A stretch of 64,000 bases of DNA, from the NCBI GenBank assembly GCA_951406725.2, contig OX597826.1:77624001-77688000 (forward strand), read 5' to 3'. How positions within the stretch are numbered: position 1 is the first letter of the stretch; every line of letters starts with the position of its first letter. A program made the translations under genes and the position numbers. Positions 13,824 through 28,537 of this stretch are shown piece by piece. This stretch comes from Octopus vulgaris. Its lineage: Eukaryota. The notes beneath the pieces are model-generated. The model saw only the letters and a program-made list of their open reading frames with translations. It made no database searches and was not told the origin of the DNA.

Positions 13824-14018
13824 CCATTTTGCATTCAGATTTTGTATTGATCATGCATTATCTCTGAGCTTTGAGATTTCAACAAGGAAGTTGTTTATTT
13901 CTAGAATGACAATGTAGGGTAGGTTTGAGAGGTTGGATCTGGCCAGCTTGAACAAAAAAAAACAACAAAAAACTGATAGAATATTTCGGTTGGATAGGGG
14001 TGGTTTGAATGCTGAGGG
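13824..14018. mobile_element. Degraded piggyBac-like MITE
   Basis: TTAA then ccattttgcattcag at the left and gaatgctgaggg at the right. A related end, atctggatgctaagggg-TTAA, is at about 31963-31983. Confidence 0.45.
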
Positions 14019-14800
14019 ACCAAAGCAGAATAAGACCATTTTCATTATTGAAAGAACTTCAAAACTAACGTTTAGTACAAGGTGCATACTTAACACTTAG
14101 GTAGGCATTAATTGAGAAGTCAGTGATACAACACAGTTTATGATGGTTCCATGGAGAATTCTTTTACGGTCAAGAACTGGCTAGAGTATTCTATTTTTTT
14201 ATAATAATAATTTCATTCAATTCAATAATGATTTCTATCCCATTCATTGTAGCTGTTTAACCTCCAAGTCATCTCTAATTGAGCAGACTTACAACCAAAG
14301 GTGTTTAAACTATAAACATCCTCTCTTTCAATTTTTTTTCCTAGGCAATGTACATCCAGGGGTACGTTATCCAATGTGTCATTTTTTTTTCCTTTCCAAG
14401 AGAGGAGAGCATTTGCTGTTATTTCTAACAAGTCAAGTGACCACTTACAGGATCCCACGTCCACTCATTTTTCTGCTGTTTTACAAAGTATGTTGATGTT
14501 GGTCAGGGTGACGTTTCGTCTCCAAACTATTTGAAAATTTCTTAAGGATTAAAAGAAGAACAGAAGAAAATGGATCGATTGAAAGATATAAAAGAGGAAA
14601 ATATAAACAATCATTTCCTACTCACCAAATAGAAGGAATAAGACCCAAAGTGGGGTGTTAAGAAGCCAGCATGTTGTGATATCATTTGAAAACCACGCCA
14701 ACATGATCAGTCATTCACACTGTTTGGCTGGATGCTAAAAGAAAAACAGAAAATACATTTCAATGAAGCTGAAAGCAATTAAAGGATATATATATACATA

Positions 14801-14842
<42 letters not shown>

Positions 14843-14848
<6 letters not shown>

Positions 14849-15086
14849 TAAAAACAGTAAGATAACAAAAGAAAGAAAGAGACCTCAATACTATGTAAAT
14901 AGAGGAAATTTATCTGTAAATGTAATACGTGACAATTATTCGGTAGCCAAGATAAAACTCCGAGTTTCGGATGCCGAGGTGGAAATCCACACCACCATCT
15001 AACCGAAGAGATGGTGGTGTGGATTTCCACCTCGGCATCCAAAACTCAGAATTTTATCTTGGCTACCGAATAATTGTCACATATTA
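14843..15086. mobile_element. Palindromic truncated copy of the 299-nt HHR repeat family, in (TA)n
   Basis: Diverged homolog of 41322-42150; inverted arms meet at about 15000/15001 within the HHR motif. Confidence 0.8.
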
Positions 15087-16015
15087 TATATATATATATC
15101 ATCATCATCATTGTTTAACATCTGTTTTCCATGCTGGCATGGGTTGGATGGTTCGACTGGGGTCTGGGAAGCTGCACCAGGCTTCAGCCTGATCTGGAGA
15201 CCCAGGTAGGCATGGAACAAAGTATAAAGGCTGGTCTGAAGATACTTAAACTTAAAAAGAGATGACAAAGGACCGAGATATCAGGTATCTTTGCTCGACT
15301 CAAGATTTGGCCACCACAGAAGAATCAATGCCAGTCTTAGTGCCACATAAAAAGCACAGGTACAGCATGGAGAGCAGACATTAAACAATGATGATGATGA
15401 TATATTATATATATTAGATGTTGTTTATTTTTATTAAAACTGAAGATGAGAATTTGTCTTGCTCGAAAATCGCAGTGGCATAAAACCCGAGGGATGGGAG
15501 ACAAACTCTCATCTTCAGTTTTAATAGAAAAAAACTATCCTCTACAACATGTATTGAGCACTCTTTTCTCAATCATCCAAAATTACGCAACATATACATA
15601 CATACATACATACACACATACATATACTCTCACATGCATTTTAGTTCTTCACAATTGTGTGTGTGTGTTTGTCTCAAGTCTGCACAGAAACAGTTTTTTT
15701 GCAGCCATGATATCGTTTATATTTCCCATAAAGAAAATGTCTTGTGACAGTTCGGTGTGCAAAGACATAGAATAAAGTATCACGTTTGACAAGTAGAAGT
15801 AAAAATGGTGAGAATCATAAATATACATATTCTTTTTTTCTTTTACTTATTCAAGTCATTTGACTGCGGCCATGCTGGAGCACCACCTTTGGTCGAACAC
15901 ATCGACCCCAGACTTATTCTTTGTAAGCCAAGAACTTATCTTACCAGTCTCTGTTGCTGAACCGCTAAGTTACAGGGATGTATACACACCAACGCACAAA
16001 CACATACACACACAC

Positions 16016-16055
<40 letters not shown>

Positions 16056-16604
16056 TGTCATAATGGTATGAAATGTAATACAGTTAGGTATACAGAGAAA
16101 TAATAATTATATATTTAATGGTGGGACTATTTCATTCTAAACTTCATGAATATATTGCTTAGCACGCTAACAATTCTGCCAGCTTGCCGCCTTAAAAATA
16201 ATAATAATAATAATAATAATAATCATTATTATTATTATTATTATTATTATGGTATATAATATTAATAAGAATAACAACACTGAACAAAAAAATACAAAAA
16301 TACTGAATAAGATCAATAGTCAGAACTAACAATGTTCCACCCTCACCACCAATACCATCCCTATTGCTGCTGCTGTTGCTGCACTGCTAATACTACTACT
16401 ACTACTACAACCAGCATCACTACCTTCCACCTCACCACCTATCCTCTTCCCCCCCCTCACCAATGCTGTTTCACTAAAGCTCAAGGAATATAATCTCTGT
16501 AATGATATTACAGAAATATTGAAATCTTTGGAATTTCTTATAGCAACTGGCGGATAAAAAGATGTTTATCTTGTATTATGAGGATGGGCAAGGAATTGTG
16601 GGAT

Positions 16605-17120
16605 GTTGTTGATGATGGTGATGATGGTAATGATGATGATGGTGGTGATGATGATGGTGATGATGATGGTGGTGATGGTGATGATGATGGTGGTGGTGGT
16701 GATGACGGCGATGATGATGACGGTGATGATGATGATGATGATGATGACGGTGATGATGATGATGATGATGATGACGGTGATGATGATGACAGTGATGATG
16801 AGGAGGAGGAGGAGGAATTGTTGGTGGTAATTGTCTTAGTGATGATCATCATCATCATTATGATCATGAACATGAGGAGTTTGTTGGTGGTGGTCATGGT
16901 GATGGCATGTGGTTGTTGATCATGTACAAATGACGATGATGATGATGATGGTGAAGGGTATAGTGGTGGAAGTGATGATGGCAATTATGATAATAACAAC
17001 GATAATGATGACGATGGCAGTGGATGTTACGGTGGTAGTAATGATGATGATGATGATGATGATCATGACATCGATGATAATGACAAAGATCTTGGTTATG
17101 ATGATGATGATGATGGCTCA
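16605..17120. repeat. (GAT/GGT)n low-complexity tract
   Basis: Direct inspection; similar tracts at 2330-2830 and 6315-6590. Confidence 0.9.
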
Positions 17121-18214
17121 TGAACAGACATTCCTTAACTCAGGAATGTCTTTTGGTTGCTGATTTTTTGAGCCATGAAACAAATGATGATGATCATGAT
17201 GAAGACTAAATCTCATGAGTTGTTGCTTTGTAGCCCTGAGTTAACCTTCTTCAAGCCAACCTCTGACCAAAGTATACCATCCATGACCACCTCGTCTTTT
17301 TTTCAGATGGAGTGTATCGAGGACTACATTAAGCAAACAGACTTGAGTTTTTAAAAGTTAACAGAGTGTGATTTGAGGGAGACTTTGGCTGCTATTTCTA
17401 GCAGACCGAACAACCAGACCAACATTTCTTTGTTGATCCAATATTTGTGGTTTCTGTTGACATTTATGGTTGATGTTGTGGTTGTTGCAACTACAGCCAA
17501 TAATAATCCTTTCTACTATAGGCACAAAGCCTGAAATTTGGGTGGGGTGGGAGTAAGTCGATCACATCGACCCCAGTGCATAACTGGTACTTATTTAATC
17601 AACCCCTGAAGAGATGAAATCCAAAGGTGACCATGGCAGAATTTGAACTCAAAACAGAGTGACGGGCGAAATACCATGAAGCATTTCGTCCAGCCTGCTA
17701 ACAATTCAGTCAGCTCACTGCCTTGATAATGTTAGTAATGATGATGATGATGACGATGATGATGACAATGATGCCGATGATGATGACGATTTCAAATTTT
17801 GGCTCAAGGCCAGCAATTTCGTGGGACTGAGTAAGTTGATTACGGTGACCCCGATGCTCAACAGGTTTTATCAACCCTAAAAGGACAAAAAACAAAATCA
17901 ACCTCGGCGGAATTTGACTGGATGGCCATGGGAGGAATGTTATTAAGTCAAAGGTCAACTCATTCAGGTCAAACTAAGAAGTGAACAACAAAACAATTTG
18001 CTCTGTTTGAGTCATGTGACATGTTTCATTTCTTGTTTTTGTTTATATTTTTTTTACATTCCAACGCAAAGAAAAAATTAACAGGAATTATTATTAAGAA
18101 CTGATCACAGTATCAACCAGACGTTCAGATGTTGTTATACACCCCTGATCACAATGCGCTTCTAATTCTCACTTGATTGCACCATTCTTTCCTACCTTGA
18201 CCTAAATTGCTTGC

Positions 18215-18345
18215 TTGACCTAAATCATCTTCCCATCGTTGTGGAGGGGGCTTCCAAGGGGCCATTTCCAGTCTCTTGGAAACCACTCGACATCTGCACA
18301 GGTCCACCTGTTGTCTGTGCATCTTGCAACATGCCCAGCCCAGCA
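18215..18345 (-). pseudogene. RTE-clade LINE ORF C-terminal fragment
   Basis: WAGHVARCTDNRWTCADVEWFPRDWKWPLG, then (frameshift) PPQRWEDDL, matching WAGHVAR..DNRWT....W.PR...R..GRP..RW.D. Confidence 0.75.
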
Positions 18346-19169
18346 GAACTTTTTGCTTAGTAATATACCACAAACAAATCCAAAGGTACAGTTTTCAGCA
18401 ATGCAAATACACATCATAATTATAAATTCATATTTCTGCAGATTCTTTCTTTGGTTTTTTTTTTTTCTAATAGTCACAAGAATTAACATTGGTATTAACA
18501 TTGTTGTTGTTGTTGTTGCTTAAGACTTGAAGGGGGGAGGGTGTTGTTGTTTCTACTAATATTGTTTAAGCCTAAAGAATGTTGTGTTAAACTAACAAGT
18601 CTTCTAATTGTTGAAATAACAAGTCTTCTAGTCGTTAACTCTATTGCTGTTGTTGTTGTCGTTGTGATGGTTTTCGCTTGAAGGTTTTTGCTGCTATTGT
18701 TGTCAAATAATCTCATTAATATTGGTACTGATATTGTTCAGTATTCAAAATGTTGTTGCTGTTGTTGTTCTTGTTAAAATAACAAATTTTCTCATTGTTA
18801 AAACTGTTGTTGTTTAGGCCTTAGGGAAGCTGTTATTGTTCTTGTTAATTGTTCTAATTGTTACTTAACATTTCTTCAAGTTCTTTGTTTAATAGACTTC
18901 ATGTATGTGTATGTGTGTGTGTATGTATAATTTTTATTCTTGCCATTCTTGTTGTTGGTCATATATAAGTACAACTGCAAGAAGAGCCAAGCAATAAAAA
19001 AGAAAGTCTTGATTCACATTCACAGGGTGTTGGGTTTCATTTCAGTGATTAACACCTTGGACAAGTATTTCTAACATGTTGGGCTCCCAAGCCTCATTTC
19101 TCATTTTGTCCTAGGGTCCCGATGCAATATCTTATTAATAATTCTGATGCAAGTGCCTCTACAGGTGCA

Positions 19170-20369
19170 AGCCAAGCTGGGGCACCACATGGAAGAATTC
19201 TAGTCAAACAAATCACCACCAAAAGTTTTTAAGACTGGAATTTATTCTATCAGCCTTGTTTACCGAACCACTAATTTTAAAGGGATATAAACACACCAAC
19301 ACTGGTTGTCAAGTGATGGCGGAAGGAGACACACACACACACACACACATACACACACACATCTATATATATATTTACAAACAGCTTCTTTCAGTTTCCG
19401 TCTACCAAGTCCACTCACAAGACTTTGGTTGGCCTGAGGCTATAGAAGACACTTGCTCAAGGTGCCATGCAGTAGGACTGAACCCAGAACCATGTGGTTG
19501 GGAAGCAAGCATCCTACCACACAGCAATACCTGCATCTATATTATTCTTATATTCTTTTGTTTCACTTCAAGCTGGAGCACTGCCTTTAATCAAAGATAT
19601 TGACCCCAGGACTTATTCTTTGTAAGCCTAGTACTTATTCTATCAGTTTCTTTCACCAAATCACTAAGTTACAAGGACATAAACACACCAACATCGGTTG
19701 TCAAGCGATGGCTAAGGGGGGGGGGTGAGAACCACACACACACAAAGACACATAAATATATACATACATATATACACAACAGGCTTCTTTCAGTTTCTGT
19801 TGACCAAATCCACTCACAAGGCTGTGGTCGGCCTGAGGCCTAAAGATTACAATCAAATACACATGACTAAGGAATACTCAGCCACTTACACATTAACAGA
19901 AAGAGTTAGGCAAATCAGTTGAATGAACAACTAAATTCTCATCATCAAAACGAAGAGGATCCATCGTTACATATGTTTACTCTTTTACTCTTTTACTTGT
20001 TTCAGTCATTTGACTGCGGCCATGCTGGAGCACCGCCTTTAATCGAGCAACTCGACCCCGGGAATTATTCTTTTGTAAGCCCAGTACTTATTCTATTGGT
20101 CTCTTTTGGTGAACCGCTAAGTAACGGGGATGTAAACACACCAGCATCGGCTGTCAAGCAATACTAGGGGGACAAACACACACATACATATACATATATA
20201 TACATATATACAACAGGCTTCTTTCAGTTTCCGTCTACCAAATCCACTCACAAGGCTTTGGTCGGCCCGAGGCTATAGTAGAAGACACTTGCCCAAGGTG
20301 CCATGCAGTGGGACTGAACCCGGAACCATGTGGTTGGTAAACAAGCTACTTACCACACAGCCACTCCTG
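19170..20369 (-). mobile_element. Three tandem family A SINEs (last one full-length, 19978-20369)
   Basis: Repeated ggcttctttcagtttccgtctaccaaatccactcacaagg module. Confidence 0.85.
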
Positions 20370-21230
20370 TTGTTTCGTTTTAGAAATTTTCTCATCTATT
20401 TTTCTCACAAATGCTGTTGTTCTTGTTCCTGTTATTGTTGTCTAAGCATTAAAGATTTGTTGTTGTTGTTGTTTAAGCCTTAATGATGTTATTTCTGTTT
20501 AAGTCTTAAAGATATTGTTTAAGCCTTAAAATGTTGTTATTGTTGTTCTTGAAGTTATATTGTTGATGTTGTTACAGATGAAGTTGTACGGCGGATGTTG
20601 TTGCTTAAGAATGTTTAAGAAGTTCGTCTTTAAATTTTTGTTTATATAATCATAATTTCTTGCTGATTAAGATTTCAAACTTAGCAATATTGGTGGTGGT
20701 GGTGTTGTTGTTGCTGCTGTTGTTGTTGTGTAAATCTTGAAATAGATTTTGATGCTGATGTCAGCCAGTTAGTGTTGTATTAATAACAAGACTATACATG
20801 TGTGTATGTAGGATGCATGTAGGCATGTATATGTGTATGTATGTATAGACAAACAAGCATATTTATGCGTGTGTGTGAAGGCATGTGGCCCGGTGGTTAG
20901 GTTGTTGCACTCACAATCGCTAGACCGTGGGCTCAATTCCCTGACTGGGGGGGCAATTAGTCTTCTTGAGCGAAACACTTCACTTCACATCACTAGTCCC
21001 CCGTTCATACAGAGAGGTATGTTGGCCAGTTTGCAATCTCAAATACAACCAGCTGAAATAGCAAAGATAATCTGGAACTTGACTGATGAAAGAAAACTCC
21101 GAATGATCCATCCTTTATTTTTCATGTCCCTTTTATATATCATCTGTCTGGATGTTTTGCGTTCTTGTCTCATTTTTTTGTATCCCCTTATATATATATA
21201 TATATATATGTATGTATCTATGTATATATA

Positions 21231-21423
21231 AAAAGTTTTGAATGGTACAACTACGCACTATAATACAAAAAATGGACTATATACCTGCTGAAATTTTGTT
21301 ATCCATTAAGGAATTTTATTCCAAAATATCATCAGACTATGAATAATTAAAGTACAACAGGTATATAGTCCATATTCTGTATAATAGTTATTATAGTGCA
21401 TTGTTGTACCATTCTACACTTTT
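21231..21423. mobile_element. MITE-like inverted-repeat element
   Basis: gaatggtacaac..gcactataata..atggactatatacctg pairs with caggtatatagtccat..tattatagtgc..gttgtaccattc. Confidence 0.6.
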
Positions 21424-21677
21424 TATTCTTTACGAACAATACACAATGCTTCAGGCAAACTACAATACTCTATATGTGAGTGTGTGTGTGTGTGTGTATA
21501 GTCAATAAAATATATATAAGAAGAGAAGCACACTCTAAAGAATAGAGCAGTGATTATTACAACAGAAATTTTAAATTCTGGTCATAGAGTTAGCAAAGGT
21601 TTTGTATTCACGAAAGCCAAAACCTTGTGGACAGCCCATCAGACTCTATACATTTTACATATATATATATATATATT

Positions 21678-22150
21678 ATCATCATCATCATCGTTTAACG
21701 TCCATTTTCCATGTTGGCATGGGTTGGACAGTTTGACTGGGGTCTGGGAAGCCAGGAGGCTGCACCTGGCTCAAATCTGATCTGGCAAAGTTTCTACAGC
21801 TGGATGCCCTTCCTAATGCCAACCACTCTGAGAGTGTAGCTGGTGCTTTTTTTACGTACCACTCACATGGAAACCAGTCAAGTCGGTGCTGGCATCGGCC
21901 ATGCTTGGATGGTGCTTCTTACGTGCCACTGGCACGGGGATCACAACTACAATTTCCATTTGATTGCAATTTGATTTGATTTTGATGTATTTGACTCAGT
22001 AGGTTTCCTCAAATACGGCATGTCGCCCTAACGATCCAAGGTAATTTTGAGTGGGCTGGTTATGCGACACTGGTGTAGGTTATAGCTGTGAACTCACTTT
22101 ATTTGCCAGGTTTTCTGAGTCATAGCATATCTCCAGAGGTCTTGGTCTTT
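21678..22150 (-). mobile_element. RTE-type LINE 3' end (family C, long copy)
   Basis: (CAT)n tail module plus upstream gaccaagacctctggagatatgctatgactcagaaaacc (DQDLWRYAMTQKT). Confidence 0.7.
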
Positions 22151-22376
22151 TGTGGTAAGAAGCTTGCTTCCCATCCACATGGTTCTGGGTTCAGCCCCTC
22201 TGTGTGACATCTTGGGCAAGTGTCTTCTGCTATAGCCTTGGGTGAACCAAAGCCTTGTGAGTGCATGGTCAGTTTGACAGCAACTGGTAACCACTGCACC
22301 AAGTCTGCTTCATAAAGATGAACAAAATCTTATTCTGCTTACTAACGATTTTGCCTTCTTACTGCCCTCATGGGTG

Positions 22377-22422
<46 letters not shown>

Positions 22423-22926
22423 TAACAATAACGATAATAATAACTATTATTGTTATTATATTTAATACAAGTGAGCAGCAGAGAGAAACTTTAGAGTTTT
22501 GACTATAAAACAGGAAATTAAGATGAGGTGGTTATGAATGGAATGTCTCTGATCCTGGGTCTGCTCCAGAGGCAACAGAGAAAGCTTAAAACAGACAAAC
22601 AAACAAACAACAAAGGCATATTCTATTAATTCTGGAAAGATAAAAAGCAAAAATGGCCTCAGAATGAAGGGCAACAGATAATCAGCCTGAGGTGTAGAAG
22701 AGTCTGGCGCTTTACCGTTTCTGCTACTCCATCAGCTTAATGATGAAACTTGCAGAATATAGAAAAGATTTATGATTGGACCATAGCTGAAGGGGTTGAT
22801 CCCATCAGATTCAGTTACACACACTCTTATGCACACACACACACACACACACACACTAGCTAATGTATATAGATGTTTAACAAGCATATATCTAGATACA
22901 TAGATACGTAATTTCTTTTATCATTA

Positions 22927-23324
22927 TTACTCTTTTACTCGTTTCAGTCATTTGACTGCGGCCATGCTGGGGCACCGCCTTTAATCGAGCAACTCGACCC
23001 CGGGACTTATTCTTTGTAAGCCCAGTACTTATTATATCGGTCTCTTTTGCCGAACCGCTAAGTAACGGGGACATAAACACACCAGCGTCGGTTGTCAAGC
23101 GATGCTTGGGGGACAAACACAGACACACAAACACACATACACACACACACATATATATATATATACATATATACGATGGGCTTCTTTCAGTTTCCGTCTA
23201 CCAAATCCACTCACAAGGCTTTGGTTAGCCCGAGGCTATAGTAGAAGACAGTTACCCAAGATGCCACGCAGTGGGACTGAACCTAGAACCATGCAAGCTT
23301 CTTACCACGCAGCCACTCCTGCGC
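22927..23324 (-). mobile_element. Full-length family A SINE, CpG-retaining (young)
   Basis: Near-consensus copy ending in agccactcctgcgc. Confidence 0.88.
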
Positions 23325-23962
23325 TCTCTCTCTCTATATATATATATATATTCGATAGGCTTCTTTCAGTTTCCGTCTGCTAAATCCACTCACAAAGTCA
23401 ATCCGGGACTGTAAGAGAAAACACTTAACCTATGTACTAGTCAGTGGGACTGAACCCAGAACCATGTGGTTGGGAAGCAAGCTTCTTACCACACAGCCAC
23501 TCCCATGCATATATATACTTTATAATCTGACATGTATGCACACACACACACACACACATACCTATACACTAACAAATATCAACTAATGTGTGTGTGTGTG
23601 GGGGGGTAAGTGTAAAAATATACATATAATTACAGATCTGCTAATAAACCATTATACATACACACACACACACACACACAGCTACCATTGTGCATATACA
23701 CCCTCTTGAAACAGAAAGTAAAGCAAAACATTGCTTTGTTAGCTTGGATCTCTAACCAAATTGAACTCTCCAGAGCTTCCTCTCTCTCTCTCCTTCTTCT
23801 TCTCCTTCTTCTTCTCTATCTCTCCAAGTGTTATTATTGGAAGCTACATCACCTTTAAGTGAGGAAACACAAGAAAGACATACAGACAGACAAAGAGAAA
23901 ATGAAAATCTCTCTCTCTCTCACTCTTTTACTCACTCTCTCTCTCTCTCTCTCTTTCAATCT

Positions 23963-23999
<37 letters not shown>

Positions 24000-24004
24000 A
24001 ATCT

Positions 24005-24045
<41 letters not shown>

Positions 24046-24662
24046 TTCAAGTTGAAACAGCTTTCATTGAGAAGGATAGAGGAAGAGAAATAGAAAAGCA
24101 GAAAGAGAGAGAGAAAGAGCCAGAGAGAAAAGAAAGGCAAGGAGAAAGAGACTAGTGATGATGCGATGATGAGGCAATGAAGTACTGTAGGGGTCGGGGC
24201 GGCGATGGTGATGTATAGCAATGGTGATGGCGATGGTGTTGGCGTGACGATGAAGCAGCGTTTGGCAGTGGTGTTTGATGATGTGAGGTGGTAACGTATG
24301 ATGATGGTGGTGGCGGTGGCGGCAGTTTTGGTGCCGTGTAGTAGAAGCGGGAAAGAGGTTTTGAGGGTGTGACATAATGGGTGGTGATGGTGGTGGTGGT
24401 GGTGGTGGTGAGGTGGGGTGATAGGACTGTCTTTCAGAAAAGTGGAAAAAAGCAAAGCACAAGAACTAATGAACCGTTTTCGGCATGCCCCAGTGAAGCT
24501 GCAAATTTTTCCCAAAGATGAGAATAATGAACTAAATACTAGCTGAAAACAAATACTGGAAAACCTTGACAAAAACAAGAACCCCCCCCCCACACACACA
24601 CACACAGAGCACCCATAGCATCACATCGTACTGCATCACGCCACATTACAACGGACACTTAC

Positions 24663-24795
24663 AAATTGGTTGTTTTGCATAAGTTACCTATCGCTGAACC
24701 ATTCTAGCGTATTCTAGCGTTTTGTTGTATTTGCATTCAATGAATGTAATAAGTGATATAGAGAATTAGACGAGAATATTAAACATAATTACAAT
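24663..24795 (-). other. Possible short spliced exon (5' UTR or start) of a minus-strand gene
   Basis: Minus-strand polypyrimidine tract tttttttctccttttgcaatccaatattttCAG before 24795 and donor GTAAGT after 24663 (alternative GTAACT after 24688), in unique sequence. Confidence 0.22.
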
Positions 24796-24919
24796 CTGAA
24801 AATATTGGATTGCAAAAGGAGAAAAAAAATAGAGATAGAAATATTTTTATTAGTTTTTGTGTAACTTTTTTTTAAAAATCTTTTCATAATATATTTTTTA
24901 ACAAAAGAAAGACATTTTT

Positions 24920-24997
24920 TTTATATATGTTTGTATATATATCTGTATGTGATTGTAGGGATGTGGGTGAGAGATGTGCTATGTATGTGTGTGTATA

Positions 24998-25046
<49 letters not shown>

Positions 25047-25191
25047 TTGAATGTAAGTATTTGAGTATATTTGCGGTATGTATATATATATGTATCTTTA
25101 GGTATGTGTGTGTGTGTGTGTGTGTAGCTGTGTATTTATGTGTACATGTATTGTTGTGTATATGCATATGTGTGCACACACACACAAAAAT

Positions 25192-25222
<31 letters not shown>

Positions 25223-25318
25223 AAAAAAAAAAAATAAATATGTATGTGTATACATTTACAGGTGTGTAAACATGTGGAAATATCTATTTATATGCATGTG
25301 TATGTGTGTATGTGTGTG

Positions 25319-25370
<52 letters not shown>

Positions 25371-25892
25371 TGTGCATATATGTAGGTAAATATCAAGGTT
25401 CTGTATATGAATGTATATTATATCTATATATATGTATATAGGTGTATATTATAACCATGTGTATGTACATGTGAGTGTGTATGTACATACATACATACAT
25501 ACACATATTCAGACACTCACACACACACACATTAATGTGTATGTATTTGCATATGCATATAATAATTGCATGCATATATATATAAACATGCATGTATGTA
25601 TGTATAGTGAGTGTAAATATCTAGTTATACATTTATGATTATTTGTATGTTTATATATGTGTGTTTTTGTTTACTTTACTTCACATTTTTATTTATTTAT
25701 TTTATTTATTTATTTACATATTTCATTGTTTTTTTCTTCTTTTTTTTTTTCAGTTATTTTATGTTTAATGTAGTGCAACAAAGTTTGAAATTTTTAATTT
25801 TCCATCTGTGTGTGCACGTCCATGTATGTATATATATATATACACACCTGTGTCTATATGTCTTTGTGCATACATATACATGAATGTCTGTT

Positions 25893-25938
<46 letters not shown>

Positions 25939-26246
25939 CATACATATGTGCACGTATGTGTGCATATACATGCGTAAATATATATATATATATATATATG
26001 AATGTATGCACGTGTGTGTGTGAGTCTATTTACTTAATTTATATTAATAATAATATATTTACAATATATTTCTTTGCTATTGTCTCTTAATCTTGTTTTT
26101 TGATGTATAATCTTGTGTTATGCAACATTGTTTAAAGTATTTTTAATTTTAAATATTGGATATTATTTCATTGATGGAAAGAAGAATATGAAAACCTGAT
26201 AACAGTATTGACATCCGGGTGTGAGTGCGTGCATGCGGATGATTTC

Positions 26247-26312
<66 letters not shown>

Positions 26313-26627
26313 ACGTGTACGATGGTATATAATGATATCTAACTTGTATCACATTAGCTGGTGTGTATGCATGTGTCATGTGGTTATATATGTGTGTGTA
26401 CATATATATATATATATATATGTATGTATATTTATGTGTACATGGGTAGATGTATTGTATATCAAATGGTTTATTTGTTCTATGTGCATGTGTGTGTGTG
26501 TGTGTACATGTGATTATCTCTCTTCTATATCCATTTATTTGTTTTATCGCATATGTGTATAGGGTGTGTGTATATATGTGTATATGTGTGTGTGTGTAGG
26601 TTTGTTTGTTTTATATGCATCTATAAG

Positions 26628-26667
<40 letters not shown>

Positions 26668-27000
26668 ATATATATAATCCTATGAGTATACACACACACA
26701 TGCACACACATATATATATTAGTCACAGGATTTGTTCGTGTGTATGTATGTATGATGTAGATGTGTTTGTGTGTGTTGACATGTGAGTGTGTATGTACAT
26801 GTATGTGTATCTGGGTGCATGACTACAATATATATAAGTGTGTGTGTGTGTTTTGTATGTATGTCTTACAAAATCTATATGTATATGTGTATTTATTTAT
26901 GTGTGTGTGTATACCAATTGCAACATATAATATTCTACATCTACATCACATGATTTGAGATTGATTTGTATGCACGTGTGTGTGTGTGTGTGTGTGTGCA
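24920..27000. repeat. Extended degenerate (TA)/(TG)/(TATG)n low-complexity region
   Basis: Direct inspection; produces many spurious Y/I/C/V ORFs. Confidence 0.9.
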
Positions 27001-27488
27001 TGCCTCTATGTTTGTGTTTACATTTATTTGTGAACAGGTGTGGCAGGTGGTGGTGGTGGTGGGTGCTCATAGGGAAGCAGACTTGGGTAAGTGGTTAAAG
27101 AAGTCGCTTAGCAATCACAAGTTCCTCAGTTCAATCCCTCTGCATGGTATCTTGAGGGAATGTCTTTTACGAAAGCGTTGCACTGGGGCAGGGTGGGGCA
27201 GTGCAGGAGTGGGGTTGGAATGAAGCCTAGCCTTGTGGCTGAGAATGGGTGGGCAGAAACTTTTGAAGCACTTCTGTTAATCTGTAGCAGAAATTCCTAC
27301 TGCTGTGTGTGTGCCTTGCAATTAGTTGTAAAATACTTCAAACACTGGGTTGCTTACCTTTCCTATTCCATCATGGAGAGCACAGATGGTTAAAGAATCA
27401 AGAACATGATTCTAGACCTTGCTTCCACACTTGGAACTTCCTCTCTAGTTCTGGCAGTGATTTAACTATAAGAGCAAGGTCATCTCCT

Positions 27489-28216
27489 CCAACTGAACAT
27501 GCTTTGGTTTTTCTCAGAGAAAAAAAATTTCTGCCAGGATCAGATGGTGAACACACAGAACAACCGTTGGCTTGTCATGTCCCCAAAACATGTGCTGAGA
27601 GTGATAAAGATCAAACATCCAGTCAACATCATGGTGTTTGGAGTGATCACTAGTGATGGCGACGTTATGCTTCCATTCATCTTCCCACACAGCCTAAGAC
27701 TCAACACAGAGGCCTACATCAAGTGTCTGGAAGAAGTAGTGCTGCGCTGGATCAAGAGGGTGGCTGCTGGAAGACCTTATGTCTGGCAACAGGACTCCGC
27801 AACATGCCACACAAGCAGGAGAAACCAGTCATGGCTCTCAGACAATTTGTGCAACCACATCACCCCTAACATCTGACCACTTAACTCTCCAGACTGCAAC
27901 CCCCTTGATTATTATGTGTGGGGTGCAGTTGAGTGAGAGACCAGCAAAACTCCTTGTAACACCAAAGATGAACTGAAGGCAAGGATTATGGCAGCATTCA
28001 CCAACTTAAACAAGGAGACCATCAAGAAAAGCTGCAGGACATTCAGAAGTCATCCGGAGGCCATGGTTGAAGCAAGTGGCGATTTTATTGAATAAATTTA
28101 CTCTTTAGTATTTCAAGATATTTTTATGTGATTTTGGTAAATATATCCATTGAAATGAGATGTCTGTTATTTTCATTTTTGTGTAATTTAGACAATGATT
28201 TATTCAATGCACCCTG
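27489..28216 (+). mobile_element. Tc1/mariner DD37D (maT) transposon, 3' half, pseudogenised
   Basis: MVFGVITSDG...YVWQQDSATCHTS...(W>stop)PLNSPDCNPLDYYVWG, with 37 residues between the second and third catalytic D and in-frame stops. The 3' TIR ends ...caccctg followed by TA. Confidence 0.9.
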
Positions 28217-28506
28217 TATATATATATATATATATATATATACCATTGTATAAAGTTTTCTATTCAAGCAAACTGTACAAGGTTGTCTAAATAAATGTAT
28301 CATAGTATAAAGATGTATATACAAACACACTGTAAAGAGATGTATACATATTTACATGTCATTGTATATAGAGCTGTCTTACATACATGAACTGTTACTC
28401 CACTGCCTATATACACACACCAATATATAAAGCTACACGTACGTTATTGTATAGAGCTGTCCTGTATACATAATATCACTATTCAGCTGTTCATATACAC
28501 ACACCA

Positions 28507-28537
<31 letters not shown>

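Noticed and set aside
24006-24605. Minus-strand His/Pro-rich ORFs (199 and 132 aa) and a plus-strand frame KVEKSKAQELMNRFRHAPVKLQ
   Set aside because: Low-complexity driven, with no recognisable domain or convincing splice context; not excluded as UTR
27200-27488. YCCVCALQLVVKYF resembling the hAT CxxH-LQLVV motif
   Set aside because: Too short and lacks the conserved His
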